Positions 51,075 through 61,932 of a stretch of DNA of 64,000 nt are shown piece by piece; position 1 is the first letter of the stretch, and every line of letters begins with the position of its first letter. Origin of the DNA: Ignisphaera sp. GTDB taxonomy: Archaea; Thermoproteota; Thermoprotei_A; Sulfolobales; Ignisphaeraceae. Position numbers and translations under genes: made by a program. The stretch covers positions 32,001 to 96,000 of the forward strand of contig JAWBDT010000004.1 in the NCBI GenBank assembly GCA_038821645.1. The letters run 5' to 3'. The notes beneath the pieces are model-generated. The model made no database searches, was not told where the DNA came from, and saw only the letters and a program-made list of their open reading frames with translations.

Positions 51075-52019
51075 ATGACGATATTTAGTAAGATTATCAA
51101 AAATGTTGTTGAAGAATCTGCTAAAGTACTTGTTGCAAGAGAAAAACATGTAGCAATGATTGTTTTCTCAGTTATAGCTGAAGGTCATGTACTTATAGAG
51201 GGTGTACCCGGGATAGCTAAAACACTAACAGCTAAGGTTGTAGCAAAACTACTTAATCTGAAGTTCTCAAGAGTTCAATGCACTATAGATACCCTTCCAT
51301 CTGATATAATCGGTAGCAAAGTATATAACCAGAAGATAGGTGATTTCGAGACAAAGATCGGGCCTATATTTACTAACATTCTTCTTGTTGACGAGATAAA
51401 TAGAGCTTCTCCAAGGACTCAAAGTGCTTTACTTGAAGCTATGCAGGAAAGACAGGTTACGATAGATGGTGAAACTATAGCTCTACCTAGACCCTTTGTT
51501 GTATTAGCTACACAGAACCCTATAGAACATGAAGGTACATTTCCATTGCCAGAAGCTCAACTAGATCGATTCTATATAAAACTGACTATGGGTCTGCTTG
51601 ATAGAGTTGCCTTGATGAACCTACTTAAAAGAGATTTGAAAACCATTGAGAAAGAGTATTGGTATCTAAAACCTGTAGCAGATGTTAACGATATAATTAA
51701 TGCATCTAAAGAGATAGAGAAAGTCTATGTAGATAGCTCTATATTCGAGTATATCGCGAATATAGTCGAGTATAGTCATAGACATGAAGCAGTTCAATTA
51801 GGAATAACACCTAGAGGAGCTCTAATGCTTCTTCAGCTAGCTAAAGAGTTTGCATTAGCTGACGAAAGAGATTATGTAATACCAGACGATGTAAAGAATG
51901 CTGCTGTACCTGCACTTGCGCATAGATTTCTAATAAAACCAGAATTTTTAGCAGAAGGATATACTGGTGAAAGGATTGTTCAAGAGATTCTAGCAAATGT
52001 TGAAGTCCCTCGTCCTTAA
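51075..52019 (+). CDS. moxR: MoxR-family AAA+ ATPase
   Basis: EGVPGIAKT, DEINRA, ATQNPIE.EGT.PLPEAQLDRF. Confidence 0.95.
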   Translation: MTIFSKIIKNVVEESAKVLVAREKHVAMIVFSVIAEGHVLIEGVPGIAKTLTAKVVAKLLNLKFSRVQCTIDTLPSDIIGSKVYNQKIGDFETKIGPIFTNILLVDEINRASPRTQSALLEAMQERQVTIDGETIALPRPFVVLATQNPIEHEGTFPLPEAQLDRFYIKLTMGLLDRVALMNLLKRDLKTIEKEYWYLKPVADVNDIINASKEIEKVYVDSSIFEYIANIVEYSHRHEAVQLGITPRGALMLLQLAKEFALADERDYVIPDDVKNAAVPALAHRFLIKPEFLAEGYTGERIVQEILANVEVPRP

Positions 52020-52029
52020 GGGTATATAG

Positions 52030-53322
52030 ATGCTGAAGCATAGGATAGATAGAGTAGCCATTGGCAAAGGCTTTTATATACTGATAATATTTACTTTATT
52101 TACATATATAGTTGTTGATAGAGTAAGTTTAGGACATCCTATTGGGAACACTCTTTTGCTTTACCTACTAATTACAGACACATTCTTTGTAATAACGTCT
52201 ATAGCGTTACTGCAAAATCTAAACAGAATTGATATAGAGGTAGTGCAAAAAGATGTGTTGACATCTGTTGAGGGTATGGAATTAGGTATGAAGATTATTT
52301 TTAGTCATAGTAGAATATTTAGATTTATTGTTATCAACAACATTGAAATAAAGAGCGATAGAGGTTTATGGATTAGTAGATGGAGAATTAATGATGAAGG
52401 ATACATAGATCTATATGTAGCTGGTTATCCAGGTATGCACAAAGTTTATGGCTATAGAATAGAGGTTTCAACACCATTATCTATACATAGAGCAGAACTC
52501 AATATAGACTTCGATATAGCTAAAGAGATACGTTTTGCTCCTACAAAACATGTACCTAGATTCAATATCGAGCTAGTTTTACCGTATCTACAGATATTTG
52601 AAGGCAGATCCTCGAAAAGAAGAGGGATAGGAGCTGAGGTGATGAGTATAAGAGAGTTTACGTCTGGTGATGATTATAGAAGAATTCATTGGAAGGCTAC
52701 AGCTAGAGTAGGTAAACTCATGGTTAAAGAATATGAACATAAGGTATATAGAAACGCTCTAGTAATAGTGTCTATACATAAAGAGTTCTTTATCGGTGAA
52801 CCAGCTCCACTTCTATATCTGGTAAAGCTTGTGATAGATGTTGTTGAAAGTCTTTTATCCAAGGGAATGAATATAGTATTGGGTGTCATAACGGAGAGAA
52901 ACATCAAGATATCTACAGTTATTGATAGATCTAGACTTTATGAAGTCTACAGAATTCTGTCAGAAATAGAGTGGCTTACAGATGTTGATAGGTATAGTAG
53001 TAGTAATAGGTTACTCAGATGGTTTACACACACAGTTGTAAGAGATGTCTGTAGAGAACCCTGTGTAGTGTTTTTGGTGGTAGATCCTCTAGATAGTATG
53101 GATATAGACACTATTGCGAATATATATAGAACGCTTAATCAACAAAAACATAAAGTTAAAGTACTTCTCACAACACCACTAGCTATAAGGTTTATGTATA
53201 CAGCTAGAGTTGAAATTGCTGATGTAGATATGCTCCAGAAAGAAGCTACAAGGTTGAAGAATGTCATCTACACTCTTAAGGTAAGTGATGTATATCTTCC
53301 AACAGCATATCTAAAGTTCTAG
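52030..53322 (+). CDS. DUF58 protein
   Basis: IREFTSGDDYRRIHWKATAR...MVKEY motif. Confidence 0.9.
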   Translation: MLKHRIDRVAIGKGFYILIIFTLFTYIVVDRVSLGHPIGNTLLLYLLITDTFFVITSIALLQNLNRIDIEVVQKDVLTSVEGMELGMKIIFSHSRIFRFIVINNIEIKSDRGLWISRWRINDEGYIDLYVAGYPGMHKVYGYRIEVSTPLSIHRAELNIDFDIAKEIRFAPTKHVPRFNIELVLPYLQIFEGRSSKRRGIGAEVMSIREFTSGDDYRRIHWKATARVGKLMVKEYEHKVYRNALVIVSIHKEFFIGEPAPLLYLVKLVIDVVESLLSKGMNIVLGVITERNIKISTVIDRSRLYEVYRILSEIEWLTDVDRYSSSNRLLRWFTHTVVRDVCREPCVVFLVVDPLDSMDIDTIANIYRTLNQQKHKVKVLLTTPLAIRFMYTARVEIADVDMLQKEATRLKNVIYTLKVSDVYLPTAYLKF

Positions 53323-53384
53323 CAAACTCTACATCAGAGATATCGAGATTGTGTAGTAAACATATGGATTAATGCATTGATTTC

Positions 53385-54095
53385 TCAAATCTTATTAATA
53401 CGAGTCAATATAGACATCATGGTTCTAGCATTTTCCAGCATCCAGTGATCATTATTGAAAAACACGTATATTTTCTTAGGGTTCAATTCTACAATTCTTC
53501 TAGCTATATCTTCGAGTTCTTCATAGCTGTATTCATAAGCATACCATGTGTAGCTTCCATGCAGTCTCATATAGACTATATTGTTGGAAGATACAATCCA
53601 TCTACCAATAGGCGAATCTATTGAAACTATTGTTGCATTAAATTTCTTGAGCTGGTCAATAACGTTTATAGTGAACCAACTGTTATGCCTAAACTCAATA
53701 GCGAGTCTTTCACCAAGTGCAACAATTTTTGCAAACTGCTTTAGTTTCTCAATATTTTCATCAGATGCAACAAAATTAGGGGGCATTTGAAATAAATAGA
53801 AGTCTATATACATATCAAGAGGGGTGAATAACTCATAGAATTTCTTCCATATGTCTATAGCTTTATCGCTAAGCTTTCTGTAATGCGTTATACCTCTAAA
53901 CACCTTAACGGCCCATCTGATACCATAGATCGATGTTTTCTTAACCCAACTCGATACTTGATTACGGAAAGGAAATCGATAAAAAGAGGCATTAAGTTCA
54001 ACAGCATTAAGTCTAGAGTTCTGTAAATACCAATCAAGAGTTCCATCGATATTCCAATCATATAGCCATCCAGAAGTACCTACAAATATCTCCAT
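53385..54095 (-). CDS. DUF72 family protein
   Basis: GTSGW.Y, VELNASFY, FQMPP, EFRH, RLHG, FFNND. Confidence 0.92.
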   Translation of the reverse strand: MEIFVGTSGWLYDWNIDGTLDWYLQNSRLNAVELNASFYRFPFRNQVSSWVKKTSIYGIRWAVKVFRGITHYRKLSDKAIDIWKKFYELFTPLDMYIDFYLFQMPPNFVASDENIEKLKQFAKIVALGERLAIEFRHNSWFTINVIDQLKKFNATIVSIDSPIGRWIVSSNNIVYMRLHGSYTWYAYEYSYEELEDIARRIVELNPKKIYVFFNNDHWMLENARTMMSILTRINKI

Positions 54096-54223
54096 AGATC
54101 TACATCCAAAAATTCTAGATCTAGAGATGGAATTAAAGTTTAGCTCTTATTCCGATTTTGTTTAAGTGTTTTATGTAGATTGAAAATAGCCATCATATTG
54201 GCTCTAGATTCTTAATCCTATTC

Positions 54224-55150
54224 TTAATCCTCTAGAGTTGTTTTTTCAAATATCTTTGAAGCACTATAAGCAAATACTATAGAGGTAAAGGTAAGTACTG
54301 CTAGATCTAGTAAAGGATCCATTGGAGGAATACCCACATCTGCACCTGTAAGCCAATATCTTACACCGTGTACAGTATAGCTGAGGGGATTAAATATTGC
54401 TACATGTTTCATCCATTCCGGCATAGTTGTTATAGGATAGAATACGCCACTTAAGAACATTACAGGCATATTGAATATGTTGATGATCATCTGAAATCCT
54501 TCTATACTTGCCAATTTCAATGCTATTACTATTCCGAGAGACGTAAATGCTATTGAGGTTATGAATAGATAGGGAAGAGATACAAGTATTCCTAGGGGAT
54601 TTAACGAACGTGATATTGTGAATCCTATACACATTACTACAAAACCATTAAAGGTGTTTATGATAGAGTCTCCAACTATTCTTCCCAGAATTACTACACC
54701 TCTAGGTGCTGGAGCTACAAGTGATTCTTTAAGAAACCCAAATTGTTTATCCCATATAACGCTTATCCCAGCTATAAAGCTACCCATAAACACAGACATG
54801 GTAGCCATACCACTAACCATGAATGTTGCATAATCAAGTCCTCCAAACCTACTATTGACTATCTGCTGAACGTATTTAGCTATAATATCCATAATGTTAC
54901 CTGCATTGGGTAAAGCGTCAATACCTGGAAGAGCTATATCTTTTGGTGTAAACGTGAATACTGTACTCATTCCAAGACCCATGAATATCATCCATAGAAG
55001 AGGATTCAGAAAGACGGAAATCACTCTAGATCTTGCACTCCACCATCTCTTTACATGTCTATATACCATTGCTATAAAGGGAGATAAGTCTAAACTCATT
55101 CTCATGTCACCTCCATATTCTGAATCTAGGTGGAATAGATGTTGATTCAA
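54224..55150 (-). CDS. ABC-2 exporter permease (DrrB-like)
   Basis: DKQFGFLKE..VAP, FLSGVFYP...MP.W, NPLSY. Confidence 0.9.
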   Translation of the reverse strand: MNQHLFHLDSEYGGDMRMSLDLSPFIAMVYRHVKRWWSARSRVISVFLNPLLWMIFMGLGMSTVFTFTPKDIALPGIDALPNAGNIMDIIAKYVQQIVNSRFGGLDYATFMVSGMATMSVFMGSFIAGISVIWDKQFGFLKESLVAPAPRGVVILGRIVGDSIINTFNGFVVMCIGFTISRSLNPLGILVSLPYLFITSIAFTSLGIVIALKLASIEGFQMIINIFNMPVMFLSGVFYPITTMPEWMKHVAIFNPLSYTVHGVRYWLTGADVGIPPMDPLLDLAVLTFTSIVFAYSASKIFEKTTLED

Positions 55151-56081
55151 GTGAATCTCTAAGTTCTTTACCAGTTAGATGTAGAAATACCTCATTTAGT
55201 GTAGGTCTACGGTAACTCACTTCTTTAACTTTAACCCCTAGTCTATCTACTATCGAGAATATTTCTGGAAGAGCTTTTGAAGCATTATCTACAACAATTT
55301 CTACTCTATCTAGTGAAATTCGTCTACAGCTATTAACGAACTTCAGAGCCTCACATATATCTGTATTGCTGTTCTCCAAAGTTACATATATAACATCGCT
55401 TCCAATCATAGACTTAAGATCTTCAACACTACCTTCAGCTATAATTTTTCCGTGATCCATTATCGCTATCCTATGCGCAAGTTCTTCAGCTTCATCCATA
55501 TAGTGTGTAGTCATCAGTATGGTCATATCTTTCTCTTTCTTCAATCTTTTTATGTAGTCCCATATTCTTGCCCTAGATTGAGGATCTAAACCAATAGTTG
55601 GTTCATCTAGAATCAGCAACTCTGGTTCGTGAAGAAGGCCTCTGGCTATCTCAAGTCTTCTCCTCATACCTCCGCTAAAGTATTTTACATACTTAGATGC
55701 ATATTCCTTTAATTCAACAAATTCTAATAAATCCATTATCTTTTTCTCAAGTTCTGGACCCCTCAGTCCATAGAGTTTTCCATGAATATACATATTGTCA
55801 TATGCAGTTAAATCTAGATCTAGACTAGGATCCTGAAACACTATGCCTATATGTTTCCTAACCTTATCTGGATTCTCAACAACATTGTATCCAGACACAA
55901 AAACATTTCCGCTTGTTGGTTTAAGTATTGTAGCTATTATATGGATAGTCGTTGTTTTTCCAGCTCCATTAGGACCTAAAAGAGCATATATCTCGCCTCT
56001 CCTGATCTTAAAGCTTATACCATTAACAGCAACTACATCTTTGAATTTCTTAACAAGATTTTCAACAACAACTATATCCAT
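55107..56081 (-). CDS. ABC exporter ATP-binding subunit (DrrA-like)
   Basis: GPNGAGKTT, FSGGM, LDEPT, TTHYMDEAE. Confidence 0.93.
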   Translation of the reverse strand: MDIVVVENLVKKFKDVVAVNGISFKIRRGEIYALLGPNGAGKTTTIHIIATILKPTSGNVFVSGYNVVENPDKVRKHIGIVFQDPSLDLDLTAYDNMYIHGKLYGLRGPELEKKIMDLLEFVELKEYASKYVKYFSGGMRRRLEIARGLLHEPELLILDEPTIGLDPQSRARIWDYIKRLKKEKDMTILMTTHYMDEAEELAHRIAIMDHGKIIAEGSVEDLKSMIGSDVIYVTLENSNTDICEALKFVNSCRRISLDRVEIVVDNASKALPEIFSIVDRLGVKVKEVSYRRPTLNEVFLHLTGKELRDSLESTSIPPRFRIWR

Positions 56082-56082
56082 T

Positions 56083-56532
56083 CTACCAACCTATAACCTT
56101 ATTGATATCTTTAACAAAATTCTCTATAACATTTCTGAGATACTCGATCTTCTCGTTAGACATTCTATCAAGAGATTCAAAGATATTATAAGCAACTTTC
56201 AGAAGCTTATGCAACTCTATCTCTTTTGCTCTTCTGAAACGCTCGACATATGTATCAACACGATTAACTAAATCCTTATTATCTTCAAGAAACTTTCTAC
56301 CCTTCTCTGAAAGCTTATACAGTCTAATTCTTCTTCCACCAAAATAAGTTACAGTAACATCAACTAGATCCTCTTTCTCAAGTTTCTTAAGCAACATATA
56401 TATGTGGCCGGGACTTGGAACAAAACCTGTGATCTCATTAATTCTCTTCATAATCTCATAGCCGTGTAGAGGTCTCTCTACAAGAAGCTTAAGGACAAAA
56501 GCTTTAGCTATCCCTCTATCCATAGGTCTCAT
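56083..56532 (-). CDS. PadR-family transcriptional regulator
   Basis: PLHGYEI, SPG.IY.LL.KLE, Y.LSEKG. Confidence 0.92.
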   Translation of the reverse strand: MRPMDRGIAKAFVLKLLVERPLHGYEIMKRINEITGFVPSPGHIYMLLKKLEKEDLVDVTVTYFGGRRIRLYKLSEKGRKFLEDNKDLVNRVDTYVERFRRAKEIELHKLLKVAYNIFESLDRMSNEKIEYLRNVIENFVKDINKVIGW

Positions 56533-56533
56533 A

Positions 56534-56551
56534 ATATATCTCCAGATATAT
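56534..56551. promoter_or_regulatory. Candidate PadR operator
   Basis: ATATATCT-CC-AGATATAT inverted repeat 2 bp upstream of the padR ATG. Confidence 0.55.
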
Positions 56552-56705
56552 CTCGAGTACTATCATCAGAAATACATAAAGAGAAAATATAAGTGTTCTT
56601 CACAAATATGTAGAAACTTGTCAAAATCTAGATACAGTCATTTAGAATACCTCTAAACAGGTTCTTTAGCAGGTCTTGATATAGATAGATGTTGATCCAT
56701 CTGTC

Positions 56706-57359
56706 TTATCTATATCGACAACTATTGAGAGCATTAATAACAAATAAGTTAGCTCTATACTCTTTATCTAAAGTTGTTTTAGGACCATGTCCTGGTAACA
56801 CTATTGTTTCTAGAGGATATAAGCTGTAGATTTTGCACAAACTCTTCAGAAGATCTTCTTCACAACCTCCAGGTAGTTCAGTAGTTCCTACAGATCCAGA
56901 GAATAGTGTATCACCTGTCAATAGCGAAGATATAGACGGTATATAGATAGTTATCGAGCCTGGTGTATGTCCAGGTGTATGCAGTATGTATATCTCTATA
57001 GATTTAAATCTATGATACCCCTCTCTATCAATAACCTTATCTGGCTCTACCTTTCTGTAATCTATATTGAACTGTCTAGCCAAATCATAGTTATAATCTA
57101 GAATCTCGAGATCGTCTCTATGGATTAGGAATTCTGCATCAAGCTCGTCTCTAAGTTTATCAACACCTTCTAAATGATCAAAATGTCCATGAGTTGCTAT
57201 AATCGCTACTATATTCAAACCCATAGATTTTATCCATTCTATTAAATCCTTACTATAACTACCTGGATCAACTATAATACCATCTAATGTATGTTCATTG
57301 TATACTACATAGGTATTAGTATTAAAGAATCCTAGGACAAATAGCTTAATGCCATACAT
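56706..57359 (-). CDS. MBL-fold metallo-hydrolase (glyoxalase II-like)
   Basis: THGHFDH, TPGHTPG, GDTLF, PGHG. Confidence 0.92.
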   Translation of the reverse strand: MYGIKLFVLGFFNTNTYVVYNEHTLDGIIVDPGSYSKDLIEWIKSMGLNIVAIIATHGHFDHLEGVDKLRDELDAEFLIHRDDLEILDYNYDLARQFNIDYRKVEPDKVIDREGYHRFKSIEIYILHTPGHTPGSITIYIPSISSLLTGDTLFSGSVGTTELPGGCEEDLLKSLCKIYSLYPLETIVLPGHGPKTTLDKEYRANLFVINALNSCRYR

Positions 57360-57833
57360 AGATACAACCTATGTAATTAATTTAATAATCAAAACTTTAT
57401 ATCTAACTATCTCTAGATCTTTAACTATGCATTAGCGTCCTGATTTTTGTAGATAATAATCTGCAGTACAGATAATAGTAGTTGTCTTATATCTAGGAAA
57501 CTCTATATCGTTGCATCTCTCTATACTATATGGTTAAGTTATACAGGATTTAGATATCTGTGGAATTATGGATTAGGATATGTATAGAATCAGGAATTCT
57601 AGATACAAGAAGATCTATGCTGTAGATTTGTAGATACTATAGGGACTGAATCAGTATTTGTGTTAGCTTTAGTGGTGGTGATTGATGATGTGGATATCTA
57701 TAGTCATTTGATCTAAATAGATTGAATAGTGGGTTTATCTATGCTAGCTTTATTTACAGCTTATTTCTGATTTAGAGTGAAAAATTTTTATTCTAGTTGT
57801 AGGTGTTGAGGGTCTTTATATAGTGATAATCTC

Positions 57834-59087
57834 ATGAGCAAGATATGGTATATAGTTGTAGCGTTCATGTCTATGCTTTTTGCAAGCTTTGGAACAGCAG
57901 GATCTCTATTCATACTCTACATTAAAGATATCTATAGACTTGACAACATTACACCTATAGCAATTGGAGCTACTATATCTAGTGGAGTATCTATTGTAGC
58001 TATGATTGTTATGGGCTATCTATACGATAGATATGGTTTGTTTATGCCGATGGCCACAGCTACAGGATCTATGGCTGGATGGAGTTTTTGTATAGGTTAC
58101 ATGGGTAGATTTTCGTCTTGGAATCAAGCATCTACTGTATGGTATGTAGCTGCAGTATTCCAGGGCTTCGTAATGGCGTCTATTATGATAGGGCTTAATC
58201 CAACGCTTATGACTATGTTTCCTAATAGGAGAGGTTTAGCAGTATCTGTAACTCAATCAGCTCAAGCATTAGCAATGTCTTTTTGGTCGTATACATCTAT
58301 CTATTTGATAAAGTTATTGAACTTCTTTAATGCTTTAGCGGTTATGGGTCTCATAGGTACTACATCGATAGCTTTAACCACAATTATATTCAGTAGAGTA
58401 AGAGCATCAAATCTTACCAAGGGTGATGAGGATGATAGACATAGCCAGAATAGAATAGAGAAACAAGACTATTTATCAAAAAGATTGCTAGCACTATCTT
58501 TCGCTATGATCCTCTTCATAGCTCTTTCATCTATTGTGATAATGAGCTTCTTTGCTGGTCTTATAGAAGAATCATTTACTTTTGCCACTACCTCGACATC
58601 TATACGTGAAGATATTGTGCCTCAAGTGATGATGGTAACAGGTTTTCTACAAGCATTAGCAGCAATATTATGGGGATACTCTATAGATAGACTTGGACCA
58701 CTAAAGACTATTCCGATAATATACTTGATGGAGACTGTGAGCACGATATTTAGCTTCATAGTCTATACTGTGAATCCCTGGATAGCTTCATCGTTTATAG
58801 CTTTAAGATATATATTCTTTAGTGCTGAACCAACTGTTCATTGGGCTCTTATTCCAGTGCTTTTTGGGTTGAAGAGTTTAGGCAAGATATCTGGTATACT
58901 TAATACTGCTCCTATGATAGCTTCAGTACTAGCACCTGTAGCTGGAGGATTGATTAGAGATATCTATGGAAGTCATCGATATATACTAATTCTATCTACA
59001 GTTTTATCTCTTCTATCACTAGTTTTCTATATAGTGATGAAGAGTGTTGCTAACAGAGCTAAGATAAGTAGTCTAGAGGTATATTAG
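57834..59087 (+). CDS. MFS transporter (OFA-like)
   Basis: 12-TM pattern, GYLYDRYG, FPNRRGLA. Confidence 0.82.
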   Translation: MSKIWYIVVAFMSMLFASFGTAGSLFILYIKDIYRLDNITPIAIGATISSGVSIVAMIVMGYLYDRYGLFMPMATATGSMAGWSFCIGYMGRFSSWNQASTVWYVAAVFQGFVMASIMIGLNPTLMTMFPNRRGLAVSVTQSAQALAMSFWSYTSIYLIKLLNFFNALAVMGLIGTTSIALTTIIFSRVRASNLTKGDEDDRHSQNRIEKQDYLSKRLLALSFAMILFIALSSIVIMSFFAGLIEESFTFATTSTSIREDIVPQVMMVTGFLQALAAILWGYSIDRLGPLKTIPIIYLMETVSTIFSFIVYTVNPWIASSFIALRYIFFSAEPTVHWALIPVLFGLKSLGKISGILNTAPMIASVLAPVAGGLIRDIYGSHRYILILSTVLSLLSLVFYIVMKSVANRAKISSLEVY

Positions 59088-59756
59088 TGAGATTGAGGTT
59101 AATAGGATAAGTAGTTGGAACAGTAGTGCTTTTGTGCTATAAATTGGTCTTGGACAAAAAGAGTATCTTTTTAGATAGATACCTTCGCTAAACATATCCA
59201 CTATCTCATCACCTCTTACGAATAGTATAGACAATGTTTTCCATGGTTTTTCATTCTTCAGTCTATGTACATAAATAACTTCTTGAGCTTCTTTAAGAAT
59301 CTGTGATATAGATCTCCATAGAAGTGGAACTATTGTTGAAACAGTTCTTGAAACTTTGTGAAGTAAATAGGATGTTTCAGCTATATTTATACAATGAAAT
59401 AGATAGAACATAGATAAAGAAAATACTTCAGCTCTTATGAAGACCTCGAGAAAGGATTCTATACTGGTTTTTCCCATAAGGTATAGAACTAAGGTATTGG
59501 AGATAGCCATCCATAGAGATGGTATAGAGGTTAAGAGGGCTGAGTAAATGAACAGTTTCTGCATTGAGAAAAATAGGTAGTAGAGAAAGATTAGTACAGT
59601 TATTACCAACGATTGGAAAGGTTTAGATGAAACCGCTATTGCTGTAGCTAAAACTATGGCTGTAAGTAGAGCTGTTGAACCAAGTCTAGCTTCAGAAAGA
59701 CCATAGAGGAATAGAGCATTAGATAGAAACTTAATGAATCTAGCTATAATGCTCAT
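59073..59756 (-). CDS. Divergent ECF transporter T-like component
   Basis: TM helices; third gene in S-A-T arrangement. Confidence 0.6.
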   Translation of the reverse strand: MSIIARFIKFLSNALFLYGLSEARLGSTALLTAIVLATAIAVSSKPFQSLVITVLIFLYYLFFSMQKLFIYSALLTSIPSLWMAISNTLVLYLMGKTSIESFLEVFIRAEVFSLSMFYLFHCINIAETSYLLHKVSRTVSTIVPLLWRSISQILKEAQEVIYVHRLKNEKPWKTLSILFVRGDEIVDMFSEGIYLKRYSFCPRPIYSTKALLFQLLILLTSISLIYL

Positions 59757-59758
59757 AT

Positions 59759-61048
59759 CTATCCAAGCTCGATAACCTTATTAGATATGTACCTTAATTC
59801 TTCACCATGGCTTGCAACAGCTATTCCACAACCATGTTTAGCTAAGAGACATAGAGATTCTAGAACATGCATAGCGTTCCAGGGATCAAGACCAACAGTA
59901 GGCTCATCTATTAAGAGAACTTTTGGCTGTCTAATGAATGCAGAAGCTATAGCGAGTCTCCTTCTTTCACCACTACTTAGCATAGCTATTGGTGTATCTA
60001 AAGCTCTTTCGAGGTTGAACTTTTTAGCAATATCTATTCTATCCATGAGCTCTTCTCTCGGTGTTGGTGATGATATGTAATATAGAGGATTTTCGGGAAT
60101 AAACTGTATCCCTTTAGGTCTCTTTATAGATCCCTTTACTGGTTTAAGTATGCCAGCCAATATCTTTAGTAATGTTGATTTACCTGATCCCGATGTACCT
60201 TTAATCCATGTTATACCTCCTTTCTCAATATCTATATCCATTCCATTAATCACGTATCTCTCTCCATCGGGATATTTGAACCATACATCTCTAGCTTCTA
60301 TAACAATTTCGTCTTCATTACTTGAACATGGAGAGAGCTTTTCTGCGTATTCATTTAGTTTAGTGAGATCATCGTAAATAGGTGTCTCTTTTGGATCTTC
60401 ATATATTTTAGCAGAACCATTATCTATGTAGAGTACAGAATCTACCACACCTCTCCATAGCTCTACATCATGATCTACTACAATCGTAGAAACACCAGAA
60501 TTCTTTAACTTCTTAACCAATTTCACTATCTTGTGTCTAGATTGTGTATCTAGATATGATGAAGCTTCATCTATTAAAATAACATCTTTTCTAGATATGT
60601 AAGCCTCTAATAGTGCTATTCTCTCAATTTCTCCAGCACTTAATGAAGATGTTGAGCTCCATAAACAGTTATGGATACCGAACTCTTTCGCCATATTGAT
60701 AATTTTCTGAGAATTGTTTCCACTATAGAACATGATCTCTATGTATGGATATGGCGTTGATATGGAGAACCATGGCTCTTGAACTATATAGTATATATGT
60801 TTTGAAGCTGAATAACTGTTATGGATTTTCTCTCCATAGATCTCAATACTACCCTTTATCACCATATCGAAAAGCTCTTTAGCTATAAAAGTTAGAGCTC
60901 TTAAGAGTGTAGTCTTACCGGAACCAGATCTACCTAAAATAAGTAGCGTTTCTCCTCTATCAATAGAGAAAGATATGTGATTCAGTATAGTTCTTCCTCT
61001 AGCCTCTACCTTCAGATCCTTTACCTCTAACACCTTTGGCTCTCTCAA
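59759..61048 (-). CDS. ECF transporter tandem (double) ATPase
   Basis: Two Walker A motifs (GRSGSGKT, GTSGSGKS), LSAGE / LSSGE signatures. Confidence 0.88.
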   Translation of the reverse strand: MREPKVLEVKDLKVEARGRTILNHISFSIDRGETLLILGRSGSGKTTLLRALTFIAKELFDMVIKGSIEIYGEKIHNSYSASKHIYYIVQEPWFSISTPYPYIEIMFYSGNNSQKIINMAKEFGIHNCLWSSTSSLSAGEIERIALLEAYISRKDVILIDEASSYLDTQSRHKIVKLVKKLKNSGVSTIVVDHDVELWRGVVDSVLYIDNGSAKIYEDPKETPIYDDLTKLNEYAEKLSPCSSNEDEIVIEARDVWFKYPDGERYVINGMDIDIEKGGITWIKGTSGSGKSTLLKILAGILKPVKGSIKRPKGIQFIPENPLYYISSPTPREELMDRIDIAKKFNLERALDTPIAMLSSGERRRLAIASAFIRQPKVLLIDEPTVGLDPWNAMHVLESLCLLAKHGCGIAVASHGEELRYISNKVIELG

Positions 61049-61775
61049 TAAACTGCACCACAGGATAGGCGATAACTACGCCAGCTGAAAACTGACCTAT
61101 ATTGATTGGTACTTCAGCTAGTGCAGCTATAGGCTCTTTCCCCAGTATTAATGGATTTGATACAAAATATTCATAAAGGAAGTATCCTAGAACCATAACC
61201 ATACCTCCTAAAATCATTGGTAATACATAAGGCTTCAATCTAGCTATACAGATCACAGCAATAGACATCACAATTACTGCAATGGCAATAACTATCCATA
61301 TATAGGAGGGTAGCGCTAGATAGAGATAGGGTACAGACATAGGTGTTCCAGAGACATGTATCCATCCCAATTCTATTGACAGATGTTCTTCACCTCTGTA
61401 AAAAGCTATAGGTAGTGCAATAGCTAGAGCAAGGATAACACCAAGAATAACAACAGCAACATTAATTATACTACTCTTACTCGTGGCTCTAACCTTGGAT
61501 ATCAGTTTCGATACTATAAATCCTTCACAAAACTTTATAGCAAATGTTGCAGGAGCGAAATAACCATAGCCTAGAACTATATCAGCAATAGCTGGTCCTA
61601 AACCTGATGCTATAGCCGTCACAATAGGGTTAGATATAGATGCTATAACGTATATAGATGCTTCACCTAAGTTAAAGTAGCCTCCAGTAGCAGGTGTTTC
61701 AATAACGAGAATTGCTGTAGCTATAAACGTTATGGCTGTATAGATTGCTATTCTCACAATATCCTGGAACTTCAT
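60999..61775 (-). CDS. ECF transporter S component
   Basis: P.TGGYFNLGEA, G.AIAD...GY..FAP.T..IK, N.GQ motifs. Confidence 0.85.
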   Translation of the reverse strand: MKFQDIVRIAIYTAITFIATAILVIETPATGGYFNLGEASIYVIASISNPIVTAIASGLGPAIADIVLGYGYFAPATFAIKFCEGFIVSKLISKVRATSKSSIINVAVVILGVILALAIALPIAFYRGEEHLSIELGWIHVSGTPMSVPYLYLALPSYIWIVIAIAVIVMSIAVICIARLKPYVLPMILGGMVMVLGYFLYEYFVSNPLILGKEPIAALAEVPINIGQFSAGVVIAYPVVQFIERAKGVRGKGSEGRG

Positions 61776-61932
61776 AAAACTCCTTCACCTTTTGCAGCAT
61801 CTCCAGTATCACAAAATAAGCTTTATCAAAATAGTTTACTGCTAAAACATTAAGATGCTGGTCTGGTTCATAATGCATAAATTTGTAGTTATAGTTATGC
61901 TTTACTAGACTTTATTAGAGAGTGTTAATCAA

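Noticed and set aside
57360-57833. Long intergenic region as possible gene remnant or MITE
   Set aside because: No sustained reading frame, terminal inverted repeats or second copy seen
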